Shown here in pieces: positions 1-9,019 of a stretch of 20,000 nucleotides of DNA. The first letter of the stretch is position 1, and the number at the start of each line of letters is the position of its first letter. The notes beneath the pieces were generated by a model. The model searched no databases. It was given only the letters and a program-made list of their open reading frames with translations, and was not told where the DNA came from. Made by a program: the position numbers and the translations under genes. The stretch covers positions 55,893 through 75,892 of the forward strand of contig CAZCRK010000002.1 of assembly GCA_964501035.1 (NCBI GenBank), read 5' to 3'.

Positions 1-54
1 GCACATGGTGAAGCCATGTTTACATCTCAATTTGAAACACAAATTTTATTTTAG
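1..54 (+). CDS. possible 3' end of an upstream gene (AHGEAMFTSQFETQILF*)
   Basis: Frame 1 is open from the window start to TAG at 52-54. The terminal Phe resembles an outer-membrane beta-barrel C-terminus, but the fragment is too short to assign. Confidence 0.3.
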   Translation, partial: AHGEAMFTSQFETQILF

Positions 55-89
55 TTGAAATTTTACAAGACGAAAGTAATTAAGAGTAA

Positions 90-2696
90 ATGACAAAATC
101 ACCATCTTTGAAATTATCTTCTAACGAAATTCGCCAGCAATTTATTGATTTTTTTCTTGCTAAAGAACATCAATTTATTCGCAGTTCGTCCGTAGCACCA
201 ACTGATGACCCCACATTATTATTTACTAACGCAGGAATGAATCAGTTTAAACCTATATTTTTAGATCAAGAAAAGCCTAAAAACACCCGAGCAGTCAATT
301 CTCAAAAATGTATTCGTGTGAGCGGAAAACATAATGATTTAGAAGAAGTTGGTGTAGATGATTATCATCACACATTTTTTGAAATGTTAGGAAATTGGTC
401 CTTTGGTAATTATTATAAAAAAGAAGCAATCTCTTGGGCATGGGAATTACTCACTGAAGTTTGGAAAATTGATAAAAATCGTCTTTGGGTTACAATTTTC
501 AAAGATGATGATGAATCAGGCGAGATTTGGAAACAAGTAACTGATATAAATCCTGAAAGAGTTTTAAAATTTGGGCATAAAGATAATTTCTGGGAAATGG
601 GAGACACTGGTCCATGTGGCCCATGTACTGAAATTCATTATTACACAGGTGAAAATATTGAAGATCAAGTTCCTGAAGGTGTTAATGTTGAAGCAGAATA
701 TCGTGAAATTTGGAACTTAGTTTTTATTCAATATAATCGAGATAAAGAAGGTTCCTTACATGATTTGCCTGCAAAACATGTTGATACTGGAGCAGGATTT
801 GAACGATTAGTTGCAGTACTTAATGGGAAGTCATCTAATTATGATACTGATTTATTTACACCCATCATTCAAAAAATTGAAAATGTATCCAAACAATCTC
901 TAGAATTTGAAAATGGTGTTCCACATAGAGTCATTGCAGATCATTTACGAATGCTTTCATTTTCAATTGCTGATGGAGCAATGCCAGGGAATGATGGTCG
1001 TGGATATGTACTTCGAAGAGTGTTAAGACGTGCTTGTAGATTCGGCAGAGTGCTAGGAATGCATGAGCCTTTTATCTACACTTTAGTTCAATCTTTAGTT
1101 GATATAATGGGTGATGCTTATCCCGAGTTAATAGAAAAACAAAAACATATCGAAAAAGTGATTAAAGCAGAAGAAACATCTTTTGGTGAAACCTTAGATA
1201 GAGGTTTAGAAATGTTTGATAAAACAATTTCTCAGTTAAAAGGTGATGTTATTTCTGGAGAAGATGCTTTCAAACTATATGATACCTATGGTTTTCCGTT
1301 AGATTTAACAGAACTCCTCGCTCGTGAAAATGATTTAACAGTGAATATTGACCAATTTAATTCCTGTATGCAAGACCAAAGAGATAGAGCTAGGTCAGCA
1401 GGGAAGTTTAAAAATGAAGATAATTCGGAAAAGTGGATAGTGGTTAATGATAATAAAAATTCACAGTTTATTGGTTATGAAAGTGAATCAACAGAATCTG
1501 AAATTTGTAAGTATAGATTTAATGAAGATGTTGTTGAAGTAGTTTTAGATAAAACTCCATTTTATGCAGAATCAGGCGGTCAAATTGGTGATGAGGGTGT
1601 TTTGAAAGCAGACGGATTCAAAATGGATATCCTCAATACCGTTAAAATTAATAATTCGATTTGCCATATTGGTAAAATTAATTCTGGGGATGTTGCAAAG
1701 CTATCCCATGTACAAGCTGAAATTGATACCAATAAACGACAAGCAATCCGACTAAACCATACTGCCACACATTTGTTGCATAAAGCATTAAAAATAGTAT
1801 TAGGAGATCATGTCCACCAGGCTGGATCACTTGTTACTGATGAAAAACTGCGCTTTGATTTAACGCATTTTGAGAAAATCACATCAGAACAATTAATTGA
1901 TATTGAGAATATGGTTAATGATTTGATACGTCAAAATATTGAAATTAAAACTTCAATTCAGGATTATGAAGAAGCTCGAAAAAATGGTGCAGAGGCATTG
2001 TTTGGTGAAAAATACGAAGATAAAGTAAGGGTTGTTGATATTTCTGGGTTTTCACGTGAGTTATGTGGAGGAACACATGCATCTAGAACGGGTGATATTG
2101 GATTGTTTACAATAACCTCAGAGTCATCTTTAGCTTCAGGTATACGGAGAATTGAAGGAGTAACCGGTTTATTTGCTGAAAAACAAAAAACAACACAATC
2201 TAAACTTCTTGCTTCTTTGCAAAATCAAGTAAAATGCAATTCAAAAGATTTGTTACAGCGTGTTATTGAATTACAAAATGAAAATAAAAAATTAACCAAA
2301 GATTTAAAGGAATTAAAAAAAGAGGGTCAAGGTTCTGTCATCAAATCCATGCTGTCTTCAGCTCAAAAGTATGAAAATGTAAGTTTGATTGTTCAACAAG
2401 TAGATGAAATTGACGATTTAAAAATATTTGGAGATGAATTCAGAAATTCAATTTCAAAAAAGGGAGTTATATTGATTGGAACCATTCAAAATAATAAACC
2501 AATGGTAATGTGTGCTGTAACGGATGACCTAACATCAAAAGTAAAAGCAGGGAATATTGTAAGAGAAGTTGGAATGTTTATGGGCGGTGGAGGTGGTGGA
2601 AAACCTCATCTCGCTACTGCTGGTGGAAAGGATGTTTCAAAACTTAGTGAAGCATTAGAAAATGGGTTACAACTAATTAAATCACAATTGAAATAA
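90..2696 (+). CDS. alaS: alanine--tRNA ligase
   Basis: 868 aa. Motifs LLFTNAGMNQFK, HHTFFEMLGNWSFG, GPCGPCTEI, DTGAGFER; editing motifs HTATH and ELCGGTH; C-terminal GGGGGK. Confidence 0.99.
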   Translation: MTKSPSLKLSSNEIRQQFIDFFLAKEHQFIRSSSVAPTDDPTLLFTNAGMNQFKPIFLDQEKPKNTRAVNSQKCIRVSGKHNDLEEVGVDDYHHTFFEMLGNWSFGNYYKKEAISWAWELLTEVWKIDKNRLWVTIFKDDDESGEIWKQVTDINPERVLKFGHKDNFWEMGDTGPCGPCTEIHYYTGENIEDQVPEGVNVEAEYREIWNLVFIQYNRDKEGSLHDLPAKHVDTGAGFERLVAVLNGKSSNYDTDLFTPIIQKIENVSKQSLEFENGVPHRVIADHLRMLSFSIADGAMPGNDGRGYVLRRVLRRACRFGRVLGMHEPFIYTLVQSLVDIMGDAYPELIEKQKHIEKVIKAEETSFGETLDRGLEMFDKTISQLKGDVISGEDAFKLYDTYGFPLDLTELLARENDLTVNIDQFNSCMQDQRDRARSAGKFKNEDNSEKWIVVNDNKNSQFIGYESESTESEICKYRFNEDVVEVVLDKTPFYAESGGQIGDEGVLKADGFKMDILNTVKINNSICHIGKINSGDVAKLSHVQAEIDTNKRQAIRLNHTATHLLHKALKIVLGDHVHQAGSLVTDEKLRFDLTHFEKITSEQLIDIENMVNDLIRQNIEIKTSIQDYEEARKNGAEALFGEKYEDKVRVVDISGFSRELCGGTHASRTGDIGLFTITSESSLASGIRRIEGVTGLFAEKQKTTQSKLLASLQNQVKCNSKDLLQRVIELQNENKKLTKDLKELKKEGQGSVIKSMLSSAQKYENVSLIVQQVDEIDDLKIFGDEFRNSISKKGVILIGTIQNNKPMVMCAVTDDLTSKVKAGNIVREVGMFMGGGGGGKPHLATAGGKDVSKLSEALENGLQLIKSQLK

Positions 2697-4150
2697 TGTT
2701 TGTAGAAACACCAGTTATATTTACAAAATCAAAACCGGGCAAAAAAGGTTATTCATTGCCTAAGACCGACGTTCCAGAGGTGGAATTGTCAAAACATATA
2801 CCTAAAGAACTATTACGTCAAGAAAAAGCTGAGTTACCAGAAGTTTCTGAACCAGAAGTGGTACGACACTTTACTAATTTATCTGTAAAAAACCATCATG
2901 TTGATAGAGATTTCTATCCGTTGGGTTCATGCACAATGAAATACAATCCTAAGGTAAATGAAGTGACATCTGCATTACCTGGTTTTGCACATATTCATCC
3001 ATTACAGTCTGAAGAAACTGTGCAGGGTGCATTGCAGTTAATGTATGATTTGGAAACAATGTTGGTTGAAATCACCGGAATGTCTAGAGCAACTCTACAG
3101 CCAAGTGCAGGATCACAGGGCGAGTTTGTGGGAATATTAATGATGAAAAAATACCACGAAAGTAAGGGTGAAGACAGGAAAATTATTATTATTCCAGAAA
3201 CAGCACACGGTACAAATCCAGCAAGTGTTGTTTTGGGTGGGTATGAAACCTGTCAAGTGAAGTCTGATGAACGTGGCCGTGTTGATATTGATGATTTAAA
3301 AAGTAAATTATCTACAAATGTAGCAGGAATGATGTTGACGCAGCCCAATACATTAGGGTTGTTTGAAGACCGAATAGAAACCATTACAGAATTGGTTCAT
3401 GGTGTTGGTGGGCTCATGTACATGGACGGAGCAAATTTAAATGCATTAATTGGCTTAGCCCGACCTGGAGATATGGGATTTGATATAACTCATATAAATT
3501 TACACAAAACATTTTCTACTCCACACGGAGGCGGGGGACCAGGGTCTGGCCCAATTGCTGTTACTGAAGAGTTAGTTCCATTTTTGCCAGTACCTATGAT
3601 TCAAAAGCGAAATGACGGTACATATTATTTAGAGGTTGATAACAAGAGTTCAATTGGTCAACTTCATTCATTTTATGGTAATTTTGGAATTTTAGTAAGA
3701 GCATATACCTATATTTTAATGATGGGTAAAGATGGATTATCACATATGACTAAAAATGCAATTCTAAATGCAAACTATATAAAACATACACTTCAAGAAA
3801 AATATCATATACCATTTTCAGAAGGCACATTACATGAGTTTGTAATTTCTGGCACCAAACAAAAAGAGCGTGGAATTAAAGCACTAGATATTGCAAAATC
3901 ATTATTGGATTATGGATATCATGCACCAACTATTTATTTTCCAATGAATGTTCCAGAGGCCATGATGATTGAACCAACAGAATCTGAAAGTAAAGAAACG
4001 CTAGATGATTTTATTGATGCTATGCTTGAGATTGATGAAAATTCAATTCTTAATCCTGATGTTTTAAAAGATGCTCCTGTAAATACTGTCGTTAGTCGTA
4101 TGGATGAAACAAAAGCAAATAGAGAATTAGATTTAAGGTGGAAACCGTGA
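2696..4150 (+). CDS. gcvPB: glycine dehydrogenase (decarboxylating) subunit 2
   Basis: 484 aa. Motifs LPEVSEPEVVRHF, YPLGSCTMKYNP, AHGTNPAS and the PLP-lysine motif NLHKTFSTPHGGGGPG. Ends in TGA used as a normal stop. Confidence 0.97.
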   Translation: MFVETPVIFTKSKPGKKGYSLPKTDVPEVELSKHIPKELLRQEKAELPEVSEPEVVRHFTNLSVKNHHVDRDFYPLGSCTMKYNPKVNEVTSALPGFAHIHPLQSEETVQGALQLMYDLETMLVEITGMSRATLQPSAGSQGEFVGILMMKKYHESKGEDRKIIIIPETAHGTNPASVVLGGYETCQVKSDERGRVDIDDLKSKLSTNVAGMMLTQPNTLGLFEDRIETITELVHGVGGLMYMDGANLNALIGLARPGDMGFDITHINLHKTFSTPHGGGGPGSGPIAVTEELVPFLPVPMIQKRNDGTYYLEVDNKSSIGQLHSFYGNFGILVRAYTYILMMGKDGLSHMTKNAILNANYIKHTLQEKYHIPFSEGTLHEFVISGTKQKERGIKALDIAKSLLDYGYHAPTIYFPMNVPEAMMIEPTESESKETLDDFIDAMLEIDENSILNPDVLKDAPVNTVVSRMDETKANRELDLRWKP

Positions 4151-4581
4151 ATTATCGAGTAGAGAAAGATAAAATATTTATATCACTTGATCGTGGTGAA
4201 TTTATCAATTTATCGTTAACGGAAGTTGCCAAAAAAGTAGGCCTTAGTGCTGGATGGATTAATGGAATTGGCGCATTAGAAAATGCTGAATTAGGATATT
4301 ATGATTATCCATCTAAAACCTATGTAAAAAAACAATTCTATGATGAATATGAATTGACCAGTTTAAGTGGTAATATTTCAATAAAGGAAAATGAAGTATT
4401 TGTTCACACACATGTTACGTTAAGTAATAAATCTTTTGAGGTTTTTGGTGGTCATCTCTTTGATGCTCAAATATCAGCTGCGGGTGAATTTGTCATGTAT
4501 CCCGGATCAAACGAAATTAATAGAGAATTTAATGATGATATTGGGTTAGCCTTGTGGTGTTTAGGAGAATCTAATGCGTAA
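4138..4581 (+). CDS. PPC/DUF296 domain protein
   Basis: 147 aa. Motifs GIGAL, ELTSLSGNI, HTH and GGHL are typical of the PPC/DUF296 fold. Confidence 0.9.
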   Translation: METVNYRVEKDKIFISLDRGEFINLSLTEVAKKVGLSAGWINGIGALENAELGYYDYPSKTYVKKQFYDEYELTSLSGNISIKENEVFVHTHVTLSNKSFEVFGGHLFDAQISAAGEFVMYPGSNEINREFNDDIGLALWCLGESNA

Positions 4582-4963
4582 AGTTATCTCAACAGACAAT
4601 TCCCCAAAAGCTATTGGAACTTATTCTCAGGGTATTCAAATTGACAATCTAGTTTTTACTTCTGGTCAAATTCCTTTACATCCTGAAACAGGAAAGTTAG
4701 TACAAAATGACTTTAAATCTGAAGTCAATCAAGTTATGCTAAATTTAAAAGGTGTACTTGAAGAAGCCGGAAGTTCTTTAAAAAGTATTGTAAAATGTAC
4801 CGTGTTCTTAACAGATTTAACTTTATTTCCTCAACTCAATGAGGTGTTTTCTGAATATTTTATATCTGAACCACCTGCTAGATCTGCAGTTGAAGTTTCA
4901 GCACTTCCATTAGGGGTTCGTGTAGAAATTGAAGCCATCGCATTAAAGAATAATGATAACTAA
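4574..4963 (+). CDS. ridA: RidA/YjgF/UK114 family enamine/imine deaminase
   Basis: 129 aa. Motifs PKAIGTYSQG, SGQIP, PPARSAVEV and VEIEAIA. Confidence 0.93.
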   Translation: MRKVISTDNSPKAIGTYSQGIQIDNLVFTSGQIPLHPETGKLVQNDFKSEVNQVMLNLKGVLEEAGSSLKSIVKCTVFLTDLTLFPQLNEVFSEYFISEPPARSAVEVSALPLGVRVEIEAIALKNNDN

Positions 4964-5324
4964 AATTTTGTCTTTATTTTTAGTTATTTGCTTTGTAACT
5001 GGTCAAGAAACTTTTATTGATTCTTCAAAAGTGAAAAACCCACAGATAGCTTGGAAATTGGGAGCTATCCCTGGAGTCGGTCAATTGTATAACCAAAAAT
5101 ATGGTAAAAGTGTAGCATTTATTGCTACCCAATCCTATGCGTATAAGCAGTTTGTTACATTTAAAAATGATGGCAATATTTCAAAACGAAATACGTATGC
5201 ATGGTGGGTGTTTGGATTATGGGTGTTAAGTATGTTAGATGCTTATGTGGACGCCCAGTTAACTACATTTCCAGTTGAAATAGAAACAGATGAGAGTCAA
5301 CCAACTCACAAAGAGGAGAACTAA
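4953..5324 (+). CDS. DUF5683-like membrane/secreted protein
   Basis: N-terminal hydrophobic signal, IPGVGQLYN motif and LDAYVDAQL motif. Confidence 0.7.
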   Translation: MITKILSLFLVICFVTGQETFIDSSKVKNPQIAWKLGAIPGVGQLYNQKYGKSVAFIATQSYAYKQFVTFKNDGNISKRNTYAWWVFGLWVLSMLDAYVDAQLTTFPVEIETDESQPTHKEEN

Positions 5325-5330
5325 AATTAT

Positions 5331-6680
5331 ATGTGTGGGATAATTGGTATATATAATAATCCTGAAGCAGCTACCTTGGCGTATATGGGGTTGTACGCAC
5401 AACAACATCGAGGACAAGAAGGTGCAGGGGTTATTTCTTCAGATGGTGAAAAGTTACATCAACATATGGGTCAAGGATTAGTTTCTGATGTATTTTCCGA
5501 TTCCTCTGTATTTAATAATTTAGTTGGTGAATATGCCATTGGTCATGTTCGATATTCAACAACTGGGAATTCAAACCCTCAAAATGTTGGACCACTAACG
5601 TTTAATTTAAATGATACACCAATTTCTATTGCTCATAATGGTAATTTGGTAAACTTAAAAGAGACTCGCAAAAAACTCCAAAAATCTGGTGCTTTATTTC
5701 AAACAAGCACAGATACAGAAATCATTATTCATCTTCTTGCTAGAGAAGAGACTGGAAGCTTAGATCAACGATTAGAAAGAGCATTAAAGCAGGTTGAGGG
5801 AGCATTTTCATTATTATTAATAACACCAGAAGAAATGATAATTGCACGCGACCCTTTAGGGATACGACCTATATGTTATGGAATGTTAGATGATACATAT
5901 GTCTTTGCTTCTGAAACGTGTGCTTTGGATTTACTCGGTGCAAAGTATGTTAGAGAAGTTAAACCAGGAGAAATGATTGTTCTAAATAAAGATGGTTTAT
6001 CATCACGACAGTTTGTAGAATCCCAAAAACCAAAACATTGTATTTTTGAATATATTTATTTTTCTCGACCAGATTCAAAAATATTTGGTGAGAGTGTAGA
6101 TAAAATGCGTCGAAGGTTTGGGAAAACACTAGCAAGTGAAAGCCCTGCTGAATCAGCAGATATTGTAATATCCGTACCTGATTCCAGTAATACCTGTGCG
6201 TTAGGTTATTCCTCTAAATCTAATATAAAACACGAGATAGGTTTAATTCGAAATCATTATATTGGTAGAACATTTATTTTTCCTTCACAAAGATTACGTG
6301 ACATCTCTGTAAGGTTAAAGTTTAATGCTGTTCAAGGTGTAATTGAAAATAAAGAAGTGGTTATTATTGATGATTCTATTGTCCGTGGAACAACACTTAG
6401 AAAATTGGCAAAACTTTTAAAAGAATCCGGTGTTAAAAAGGTTCATGTTCGGATAAGTTCACCACCTGTTGCAAATCCTTGTTTTTATGGTATGGATTTC
6501 CCGACAAAGGAAGAACTTGCTGCAGGAAATAATTCAATTTCTGAAATTCAAAAAACCTTGGATGTGGAGTCTTTGGGTTACTTAACTTTAGATGGTTTGG
6601 TGTTATCGACTAAAATGAAAAAAGAAAATTTTTGTACTGCTTGTTTCTCTGGTGATTATCCAATAGATATAAGGAATTAA
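5331..6680 (+). CDS. purF: amidophosphoribosyltransferase
   Basis: N-terminal MCGIIG nucleophile, QHRGQE, GHVRYST, PRPP motif IDDSIVRGTT, and Fe-S cysteines (CIFE, CFYG, CTAC). Confidence 0.99.
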   Translation: MCGIIGIYNNPEAATLAYMGLYAQQHRGQEGAGVISSDGEKLHQHMGQGLVSDVFSDSSVFNNLVGEYAIGHVRYSTTGNSNPQNVGPLTFNLNDTPISIAHNGNLVNLKETRKKLQKSGALFQTSTDTEIIIHLLAREETGSLDQRLERALKQVEGAFSLLLITPEEMIIARDPLGIRPICYGMLDDTYVFASETCALDLLGAKYVREVKPGEMIVLNKDGLSSRQFVESQKPKHCIFEYIYFSRPDSKIFGESVDKMRRRFGKTLASESPAESADIVISVPDSSNTCALGYSSKSNIKHEIGLIRNHYIGRTFIFPSQRLRDISVRLKFNAVQGVIENKEVVIIDDSIVRGTTLRKLAKLLKESGVKKVHVRISSPPVANPCFYGMDFPTKEELAAGNNSISEIQKTLDVESLGYLTLDGLVLSTKMKKENFCTACFSGDYPIDIRN

Positions 6681-7688
6681 ATGATTAAAAGATTTTTCAA
6701 AGAGCATACTGTTCATAAAAATATAGTTCCGATATTTGATACATTATTTATACTAAGACCAACTTTGTTTTTCTCCGTGTGGGTTATGATTACAATTGGT
6801 ATGGCTACAGCAACATTGAGTTTTAATCAACATGCAATTTGGTTAACAAATTTACATCTTTCAACCCTGCTAATTTATATTGGTGTTACATGTATTGCAA
6901 GTAGTACGTTTATTCTGAATCAAATTCAGGATAAAGAGGGAGATGAAATAAACAATAAACTCTTTCTAGTTGGCAATTATGTTTCTAAAGATAAAGCTAG
7001 CAAAATTATGAATACAATTGGACTCTTTGGATTTATTTTATTAGTGGTTTCTGATTGGAAAATTGCAATTTTTGGCATTTTGTTGTATTCTGTATGGGGT
7101 GTTTTTTATAACTATGAATACTTTTATTGGAAAAGTAAACCTGTTTTAGGTTTAGTTGCCAATATGCTCGCAGGAATTATTTTGTTTATGATTGGTTGGT
7201 TGCACATTTTTCAATGGGATTTTTTCACCAATAAAATTATAAATGAAATGTTAGTTTCTTCTATCCCGTATGTTCTTTCTTTTACATCCGTTTCATTACT
7301 CACAACCCTACCAGATATTGAGGGTGATAAACAAACTGGGGTACGAACATTTCCAATCGTTTTTGGAAACAAGACAACAGTGTTTCTATCAACAATTTTA
7401 GTGGCTGTATCCATTTATACTGCGTTGATAAATCAAGACCCAATTGCTTCAACAGCAACAATTGTATCGTTTCCATTTTTTCTTTTTGCTTTGTTAAGAG
7501 GTTTAGAAAAAGATATTCTGCGTGCAATTAGATATCCTATATTTATTCTAAATTTCTTTGTTATGGTTGTTTATCCTTGGCTGTTTCCAGCCGTTTTTAT
7601 TGTATTTTATTTGAGTAAATATTATTATTGGCATCGATTTGATTTACATTATCCAACCTTTATAGTAGAACATGATCACGATACGTAA
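6681..7688 (+). CDS. UbiA-family prenyltransferase (possibly DGGGP-synthase-like)
   Basis: Polytopic membrane protein with both Asp-rich UbiA motifs, NQIQDKEGDEIN and DIEGDKQTGVRTFP. Family call is solid; substrate is not determinable from sequence. Confidence 0.85.
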   Translation: MIKRFFKEHTVHKNIVPIFDTLFILRPTLFFSVWVMITIGMATATLSFNQHAIWLTNLHLSTLLIYIGVTCIASSTFILNQIQDKEGDEINNKLFLVGNYVSKDKASKIMNTIGLFGFILLVVSDWKIAIFGILLYSVWGVFYNYEYFYWKSKPVLGLVANMLAGIILFMIGWLHIFQWDFFTNKIINEMLVSSIPYVLSFTSVSLLTTLPDIEGDKQTGVRTFPIVFGNKTTVFLSTILVAVSIYTALINQDPIASTATIVSFPFFLFALLRGLEKDILRAIRYPIFILNFFVMVVYPWLFPAVFIVFYLSKYYYWHRFDLHYPTFIVEHDHDT

Positions 7689-7851
7689 AGATAGATGTGA
7701 TTTTTGCGGTACTTGTGTTGCAGTATGTCCTGAAAATTGTATAGAAGTTCGAGAAGCCTCAATACACATTTATCATTCAGAATGTATTGATTGTGATTTA
7801 TGTGTAGAAATATGTCCCATCACTGTTTTGGAATCAGTAAATGAAAAATAG
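7672..7851 (+). CDS. 2[4Fe-4S] ferredoxin (59 aa, absent from the ORF track)
   Basis: Manual translation: MITIRKDRCDFCGTCVAVCPENCIEVREASIHIYHSECIDCDLCVEICPITVLESVNEK*. Two CxxCxxCxxxCP motifs; overlaps both neighbouring genes. Confidence 0.95.
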   Translation: MITIRKDRCDFCGTCVAVCPENCIEVREASIHIYHSECIDCDLCVEICPITVLESVNEK

Positions 7852-9019
7852 TTATGATATTATAGTAGTTGGTGGTGGCCCTGCAGGATCGATGGCAGCT
7901 TGGGAAATTGCAAAAACCGGACTGTCAGTTTGTTTACTAGAAAAGGATAGAGATATTGGATATCCTGTTCGATGTGGGGAAGCAGTTGCTCATAATGGTT
8001 TGGCACAATTTGTTGAACCAAAAGAAAAGTGGATTGCAGCTACAATTGATAAATTTAGATTGGTTTCACCAAATGGGACTAAAATTGATGCCAATCTCAC
8101 AAATGAAACAGGCTATATTCTGAATCGAAGAATATTTGATTATGATTTATCAAGATACGCTGCAAATGCTGGTGCAGAAATTTTTACAAAATCATTTGTA
8201 AAGGACTTAGTTATTGAAGATAGTTTTGTTTCTGGTGTTGTTGTGGATTATTTGGGAGAAGAAAAATATATTAAATCTAAGATGGTAATAGGAGCTGATG
8301 GTGTGACTTCATCAGTGGGTAGAATGGCTGGTTTACGAACTCTTATTCGAATGAAAGATATGGAATCTTGTGTTCAATACACTGTAGCCAATATAGATAT
8401 TGACCCAAACCGGTTAGATTTTTACATGGGGTCAAATCATGCACCAGGGGGGTATTTATGGATATTTCCTAAAGGAAATCGTACTGCAAATATTGGGCTT
8501 GGAATTAGTGGAAAATATAGTAAAGTAAAATCTGCACAATTATTTCTTGATGAATTTATGAAAGAAAACTTCCCCAGTGCATCTATTTTGACAACTATGT
8601 GTGGAGGTGTACCCTGTGCTAAACCAATGCAAAATCCAATAACTGATGGGTTAATCCTTATCGGTGATGCTGCGCATCATGTAAATCCAATGACTGGTGG
8701 TGGGATTATATCTGGGATGAAAGCTGGATTGATTGGGGGACAAATTTCTGCTGAAGCAGTTAAGAATGGAGATGTTTCTAAAAAATATTTAACTAAATAT
8801 TCTGATTTAATTCGAAAAGACTTTTGCAAAAGACATGATAAACTCTATAAAATAAAGGAAATGACATCCAATTTGCCCGATTCAGATTTAGATGCAATTG
8901 CAAAAAAAGTAGAACAAATTCCAATAGAAAACAGAAGTCTAACTAATATTTTCAAAGCAGCAGTTTTTCGAAAACCAACTTTAATTGTTGATGTTATAAA
9001 AGTGTTTGCTGGAATATAA
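7841..9019 (+). CDS. geranylgeranyl reductase family FAD-dependent oxidoreductase (DGGGPL-reductase-like)
   Basis: Motifs GGGPAGS, PVRCGE, GADG, PGGYLWIFPKG (YxWxFP) and GDAAHHVNPMTGGGI. Confidence 0.9.
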   Translation: MKNSYDIIVVGGGPAGSMAAWEIAKTGLSVCLLEKDRDIGYPVRCGEAVAHNGLAQFVEPKEKWIAATIDKFRLVSPNGTKIDANLTNETGYILNRRIFDYDLSRYAANAGAEIFTKSFVKDLVIEDSFVSGVVVDYLGEEKYIKSKMVIGADGVTSSVGRMAGLRTLIRMKDMESCVQYTVANIDIDPNRLDFYMGSNHAPGGYLWIFPKGNRTANIGLGISGKYSKVKSAQLFLDEFMKENFPSASILTTMCGGVPCAKPMQNPITDGLILIGDAAHHVNPMTGGGIISGMKAGLIGGQISAEAVKNGDVSKKYLTKYSDLIRKDFCKRHDKLYKIKEMTSNLPDSDLDAIAKKVEQIPIENRSLTNIFKAAVFRKPTLIVDVIKVFAGI

